Under the pieces are notes generated by a model, which searched no databases, was not told the DNA's origin, and worked only from the letters and a program-made list of their open reading frames with translations. The position numbers were made by a program, and so were the translations under genes. 64,000 nucleotides of DNA from Leucoraja ocellata (lineage: Eukaryota). This document shows positions 59,607 through 64,000 of this stretch, in pieces. The DNA lies in contig JAWMAR010000085.1 in assembly GCA_036785375.1 (NCBI GenBank), positions 7,750,001 through 7,814,000 of the forward strand, read 5' to 3'. Position 1 is the first letter of the stretch; each line of letters opens with the position of its first letter.

Positions 59607-62483
59607 CTAGGTCCATATCCCTGCCCTCTCCCCGTAGCCCCTTATCCCCTTGGCAGCTAAAAAACCATCTATTTTAGTCTTAAATATATTTAAAGTTTCT
59701 GCTTCCACTGCTCCCTGGGGCAGTGAATTCCATAAATTAACCACCCTCTGGGTGAAGAAGTTCTTCCTCATCTCAGTTTTAAAAGAGCCCCCCCTTATTC
59801 TGCAACTATGTCCCCTAGTTCTAGTTTCCCCGATCATTGGGAACATCCTCGGTGCATCCACCCGATCAAGGCCCCTCACGATCTTATATGTTTCAATGAG
59901 ATCGCCTCTCATTCTTCTAAACTCCAAAGAGTAGAGTTCCAGCCTACTTAACCTTTCCTCATATGTCAATCCCCTCATTGCAGGAATTAATCTTGTAAAC
60001 CTTCGCTGCACTGCCTCCAGGGCTAGTACATCCTTTCTTAAGTATGGACCCCAGAACTGTACACAGTATTCCAAATGTGGTCTCACTAATACTGTGTACA
60101 GCTGCAGCAAGACCTCCGTGTTTTTATACTCAATCCCCCTAGCAATAAAGGCCAAAACTCCATTGGCCTTCCTGATTGCTTGCTGCACCTGCATACTAAC
60201 TTTCAGTGATTCATGTACTAATACCCCTAGATCCCTTTGCGTTGCATTACAACACAGCTCCTCCTCATTTAGAAAATAACTTGCCCTATCATTTTTTTTC
60301 CCAAAGTGAATGACTTCACATTTATTAGTATTAAATTTCATCTGCCAAGTTGTTGCCCAATCACCTAGCTTATCTATATCCTTTTGCAGACTCTTCCTAT
60401 CCTCCTCATCCCCTACTTTTCCTCCCATTTTTGTATCGTCCGCAAATTTTGATATATTACACTTGGTTCCCTCCTCCAAATCATTTATATAAATTGTGAA
60501 CAACTGGGGTCCCAGCACCGACCCTTGCGGAACCCCGCTAGTTACCGGTTGCCATCCCGAGTATGAACCATTTATCCCCACTCTCTGCTTCCTATTTGTT
60601 AGCCAATCCTCTACCCATGCTAATATATTACCCCCAATCCCATAATTTTTTATTTTTAGCAATAGTCTCTTATGTGGCACCTTGTCAAAAGCCTTTTGGA
60701 AGTCCAAGTATACCACATCCACCAGTTCCCCTTTATCCACCCGGGTTGTTACTTCCTCAAAGAATTCGAGCAGATTCGTTAAACAGGACTTCCCCTTCAC
60801 AAAACCATGCTGGTTCTGTCCGATGAAGTCATGTTTATCCAAGTGCCCCGTTAGTGTTTCTTTAATAATTGTCTCTAACATTTTACCCACCACCGATGTT
60901 AGACTAACCAGTCTATAGTTACCCGCCTTCTGTTTACTTCCTTTTTTAAATATAGGTGTTACATTGGCCATTTTCCAATCCACTGGGACCGTCCCTGCCT
61001 CCAGGGAGTTTTGGAAAATTATCACCAATGCATCCACAATCCCCACCGCTATCTCCCTCAAGACCCTTGGATGTAATCCATCAGGCCCAGGGGATTTATC
61101 CTCCTTCAGTCGCATTAATTTCCCTAATACCACCTCCTTGGTGATCTTAATAGTATTTAGCTCCTCCATTCCTACCGCCCCCTGTTTATCCAGCGTTGGA
61201 ATATTTTTTGTGTCTTCTATGGTGAAGACTGATACAAAATACTCGTTTAATGCCTTTGCCATTTCCATGTTCCCCACCAACAACTCTCCAGTCTCACCCT
61301 CCAATGGACCAACGTTCACCTTAGCCACCCTTTTTCTTTTTATATAACTATAAAAACTCTTACTATTAGTTTTTATGTTGTTCGCTAAATTCCTTTCATA
61401 GTCTATTTTCCCCGTCTTAATTAATCTCTTAGTTATTTTTTGCTGACCTTTAAATGCTTCCCAATCCTCTACCCTCCCACTATCTCTGGCTACCTTATAT
61501 GCCCTTGCCTTCAGCCGAATACTATCCTTTATAGTTTTACTGAGCCATGGCTGACTGTTCTTACCCTTACCCCTTTTTTTCTTCATAGGAATAAATTTTT
61601 CTTGAAGGTTATACAGTATACCCTTAAACGTACACCACTGCTCATGTACCGTCTTATTCTTGAGTCTGCTATCCCAGTCAACTTTGATCAGCTCAGTCCT
61701 CATACCTTCATAATCCCCCTTATTTAGACTCAGCACCCTAGCCTGAGTTTCAACCTGCTCCCCTTCTATTTGAATATGGAATTCGACCATATTGTGGTCA
61801 CTTGTTCCCAACGAGTCCCTAACTATGACATTTTTAATTAATCCTGCTTCATTACACAGGACCAGATCCAAGATTGCCTCCCCCCTTGTCGGTTCTGTGA
61901 CATACTGTTCTAGGAACCCGTCTCTAATACATTCTATAAACTCTTCCTCTAGTCTACCCTGCCCAGTTTGGTTTGCCCAATTAATATGAAAATTGAAGTC
62001 CCCCATGATTACAGCAGTTCCCTTTTTACATGCGTCAACTATTTGCAGATTTATGTTCTGACTAACAGCGTCACAGCTATTTGGAGGTCTATAAATTACA
62101 CCCACTAGTGTTTTTTTCCCCTTATTATTCTCTATCTGTACCCAAGCTGTTTCACTATCCTGATCCTTCAACGCAATATCCTTCCTCTCTATTGCCGTTA
62201 TTCCCTCCCTTATTAAAAGGGCCACCCCTCCTCCCTTTCTTTCCTGTCTATCTTTCCTAATTGTCGAGTACCCCTCTATATTTAACTCCCAGTCCTGATC
62301 CCCTTGCAGCCATGTCTCCGTAATGGCCACGATATCATAACTATATATACTTAATTGCACCGTTAATTCATTTATCTTATTACGAATACTCCGTGCATTT
62401 AGATAAAGCACTTTCAGATGATTTTTACTACCCTTCCTTTTCGTTTTTGCCCCTTTTACATCTAAAGCTTTATCTTCACACAT
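59607..62483 (-). CDS. CR1 ORF2: APE endonuclease plus reverse transcriptase (~958 aa from first ATG), uninterrupted
   Basis: Endonuclease motifs LYLNARS, ITETW, MGDFN and SDHN. RT motifs YLDFQKAFDKV, GVPQGSVLGP and KFADD. Typical CR1 C-terminus (RPHLEYCVQFW, TRGH, FFTQRVVNLWNSLP). Confidence 0.95.
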   Translation of the reverse strand: MCEDKALDVKGAKTKRKGSKNHLKVLYLNARSIRNKINELTVQLSIYSYDIVAITETWLQGDQDWELNIEGYSTIRKDRQERKGGGVALLIREGITAIERKDIALKDQDSETAWVQIENNKGKKTLVGVIYRPPNSCDAVSQNINLQIVDACKKGTAVIMGDFNFHINWANQTGQGRLEEEFIECIRDGFLEQYVTEPTRGEAILDLVLCNEAGLIKNVIVRDSLGTSDHNMVEFHIQIEGEQVETQARVLSLNKGDYEGMRTELIKVDWDSRLKNKTVHEQWCTFKGILYNLQEKFIPMKKKRGKGKNSQPWLSKTIKDSIRLKARAYKVARDSGRVEDWEAFKGQQKITKRLIKTGKIDYERNLANNIKTNSKSFYSYIKRKRVAKVNVGPLEGETGELLVGNMEMAKALNEYFVSVFTIEDTKNIPTLDKQGAVGMEELNTIKITKEVVLGKLMRLKEDKSPGPDGLHPRVLREIAVGIVDALVIIFQNSLEAGTVPVDWKMANVTPIFKKGSKQKAGNYRLVSLTSVVGKMLETIIKETLTGHLDKHDFIGQNQHGFVKGKSCLTNLLEFFEEVTTRVDKGELVDVVYLDFQKAFDKVPHKRLLLKIKNYGIGGNILAWVEDWLTNRKQRVGINGSYSGWQPVTSGVPQGSVLGPQLFTIYINDLEEGTKCNISKFADDTKMGGKVGDEEDRKSLQKDIDKLGDWATTWQMKFNTNKCEVIHFGKKNDRASYFLNEEELCCNATQRDLGVLVHESLKVSMQVQQAIRKANGVLAFIARGIEYKNTEVLLQLYTVLVRPHLEYCVQFWGPYLRKDVLALEAVQRRFTRLIPAMRGLTYEERLSRLELYSLEFRRMRGDLIETYKIVRGLDRVDAPRMFPMIGETRTRGHSCRIRGGSFKTEMRKNFFTQRVVNLWNSLPQGAVEAETLNIFKTKIDGFLAAKGIRGYGERAGIWT

Positions 62484-62616
62484 TCTGTCTCCTGTCACAT
62501 TTTGACTTTCCGCTTCCCCACTGATACCCTGCTCTATTTCCTCTACCCCTGCCGTTATTACCCCCCTTGATACCTCCCCCCCGCTACTTAGTTTAAAGAC
62601 CTCTCTACTGCCCTAG

Positions 62617-63540
62617 TTATATGATTTGCAGGACCCCAGTCCCAGCACCGTTCAGGTGAAGTCCGTCCTTACAGAACAGATCCCCCCTGTCCCAGTACTG
62701 GTGCCAGTGGCCCAAGAAACCAAACCCATTATTCCCACACCAGTCTTTGAGCCACGCATTTAGCTTTTTAATTTTACGTACCCTCGCCGATTTGGCCCGT
62801 GGCTCAGGTAGCAATCCGGAGATCAGTACCCTCGAGGGTCTGCTTTTTAATTTATTCCCTAACTGCTCAAACTCCTTCAGCAGATCCTCCTTCCTCGTCC
62901 TTCCTATGTCATTGGTCCCCACATGGACCACGACCACTGGATCCTCCCCCTCCCTCTGCAAATTTCTCTCCAGCATCGCAGAGATATCCTTAACCCTAGC
63001 ACCGGGTAGGCAACACAGCCTTCGGGACATGTTCTGCTGGCCGCAGAGAACCTTATCTACCCCCAGAATAATACTATCCCCTATCACTACGGCATTTCTT
63101 CTAACTCCCCCCTCTTGAATGGCCTCCTGATCCACGGTGCTGCAGCCAGGTTGCTCATCCCTCCCACAGCCCCTGATCCCGTCCTTACATTGAGTAAGAG
63201 CCTCGGTCATGCTCGTCAGGGACAAGGGCTGTGGCTCCTGCCGCATCTCCTCCTGGTTCCCCCTACCTGCCTCGCTTATGGCCACACCTTCCTTTCCTTG
63301 CTCACTGCCTACTGAATTAGTTAAACTGGTCGGTGTGACCATCCCCCGGCACAAAACATCCAGGTAATACTCCCCCTCCCTGATGTACCGCAGCGTATGA
63401 AGTTGGGTCTCCAGCTCATCAATGCGGAGCTGGAGTTCCTCTAGCCTCAAACACTTACTGCAGCTGTAGGGATCTTCTACATCAATGGTGTCGACAAATT
63501 CCCACATCTCGCAGTATTGGCACATCTCCTGACCGCCCAT
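62617..63540 (-). CDS. CR1 ORF1: zinc finger/leucine zipper plus SGNH esterase; probable 1-nt deletion near the C-terminus
   Basis: CQYC...CSKC followed by a coiled coil (LEELQLRIDELETQLHTL). SGNH esterase blocks IGDSI, VHVGTND and DGLHLN. ATG at 63540; the ORF track starts further upstream at a GTG. Confidence 0.9.
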   Translation of the reverse strand: MGGQEMCQYCEMWEFVDTIDVEDPYSCSKCLRLEELQLRIDELETQLHTLRYIREGEYYLDVLCRGMVTPTSLTNSVGSEQGKEGVAISEAGRGNQEEMRQEPQPLSLTSMTEALTQCKDGIRGCGRDEQPGCSTVDQEAIQEGGVRRNAVVIGDSIILGVDKVLCGQQNMSRRLCCLPGARVKDISAMLERNLQREGEDPVVVVHVGTNDIGRTRKEDLLKEFEQLGNKLKSRPSRVLISGLLPEPRAKSARVRKIKKLNAWLKDWCGNNGFGFLGHWHQYWDRGDLFCKDGLHLNGAGTGVLQII

Positions 63541-64000
63541 CTTATATAAGTAATTAACTGGTCCTATTAAGAATCCCCTACTGTATTGATACACCCCTTA
63601 TTTATATAATCCTACCTCCTATAAATGGGAAAGTAATTGTTCACTAATGTTCTCTAACAAACCTGAGGCCTTCACAGAACAGCTGTATTCATACTGATAT
63701 TAGATTACACACAAGTGGACTCTATTTACTAATTAGGTGACATCTGAAGGCAATTGGTTGCACTGGATTTTATTTAGGGGTAACAGAGTAAAGGGGGCTG
63801 AACACTTTTGCACGCCACACTTTTCAGTATTTTATTTGTAAATAAATTTGAAAACCATGTATCATTTTCCTTCCACTTCACAATTATGCGCCATTTTGTG
63901 TTGGTCTATCACATAAAATCCCAATAAAATACATTTACGTTTGCGGTTGTAACATGCCAAAATGTGGAAAAGTTCAAGGGGTATGAAAACTTTTGCAAGC

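Larger units (their letters stand above)
59275..63636 (-). mobile_element. Near-full-length CR1-clade LINE
   Basis: Contains ORF1, ORF2 and a 3' UTR ending in a (TTTCTATG)n tail (plus strand agaaacatagaaacatagaaa at 59275). Flanked by TTGTT at 59270-59274 and 63637-63641. Confidence 0.95.
58024..64000 (-). mobile_element. Tc1/mariner DD34E transposon (Passport/Eagle/Glan-like, IR/DR type), interrupted by a CR1 LINE; right end about 5 nt beyond the window
   Basis: TA|CAGTGGCTTGCAAA at 58022-58024. ITRs of about 215 bp (58024-58238 and 63792-64000+) differ at about 10 positions and each has inner and outer direct repeats. Removing the LINE gives an element of about 1.6 kb. Confidence 0.95.

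Noticed and set aside
59650-63315. Plus-strand ORFs overlapping the LINE
   Set aside because: Antisense shadows of the CR1 coding frames.

Overview
Eukaryotic genomic DNA, most likely from a cartilaginous fish (skate/ray-like). That assignment is inferred from abundant HE1-type tRNA-derived SINEs, shark-type CR1 LINEs and Penelope-like elements. There are two spliced host genes, both on the + strand. The first is the 3' end of IGSF3: three Ig-V exons plus the TM/cytoplasmic exon at 5110-17514, with a possibly very long 3' UTR. The second is the first nine coding exons of TTF2 (41565-57317), behind a CpG-island promoter with NF-Y, GC-box, CRE and CHR motifs. The rest is a dense, deeply nested mobilome. 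Main observations: (1) A Passport-like Tc1 with an uninterrupted 339-aa DD34E transposase carries a near-full-length CR1 LINE inserted in sense orientation 13 nt upstream of the transposase ATG, giving a single-strand ORF1-ORF2-transposase arrangement inside one pair of ITRs. (2) Penelope-derived mini-elements of about 95 nt begin at a hammerhead-ribozyme-like core and have their own TSDs. (3) A non-autonomous DNA transposon family makes 7-bp TSDs. (4) A 1.1-kb patchwork insertion in the last IGSF3 intron is built from three local templates. (5) There are also Helitrons, a P-like MITE, a pogo-like element with a tRNA-Met-like relic and long hairpins, and a solo LTR. Most short ORFs in the supplied track are repeat-derived or spurious. 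Family names come from motif recognition and recall; no database searches were run.
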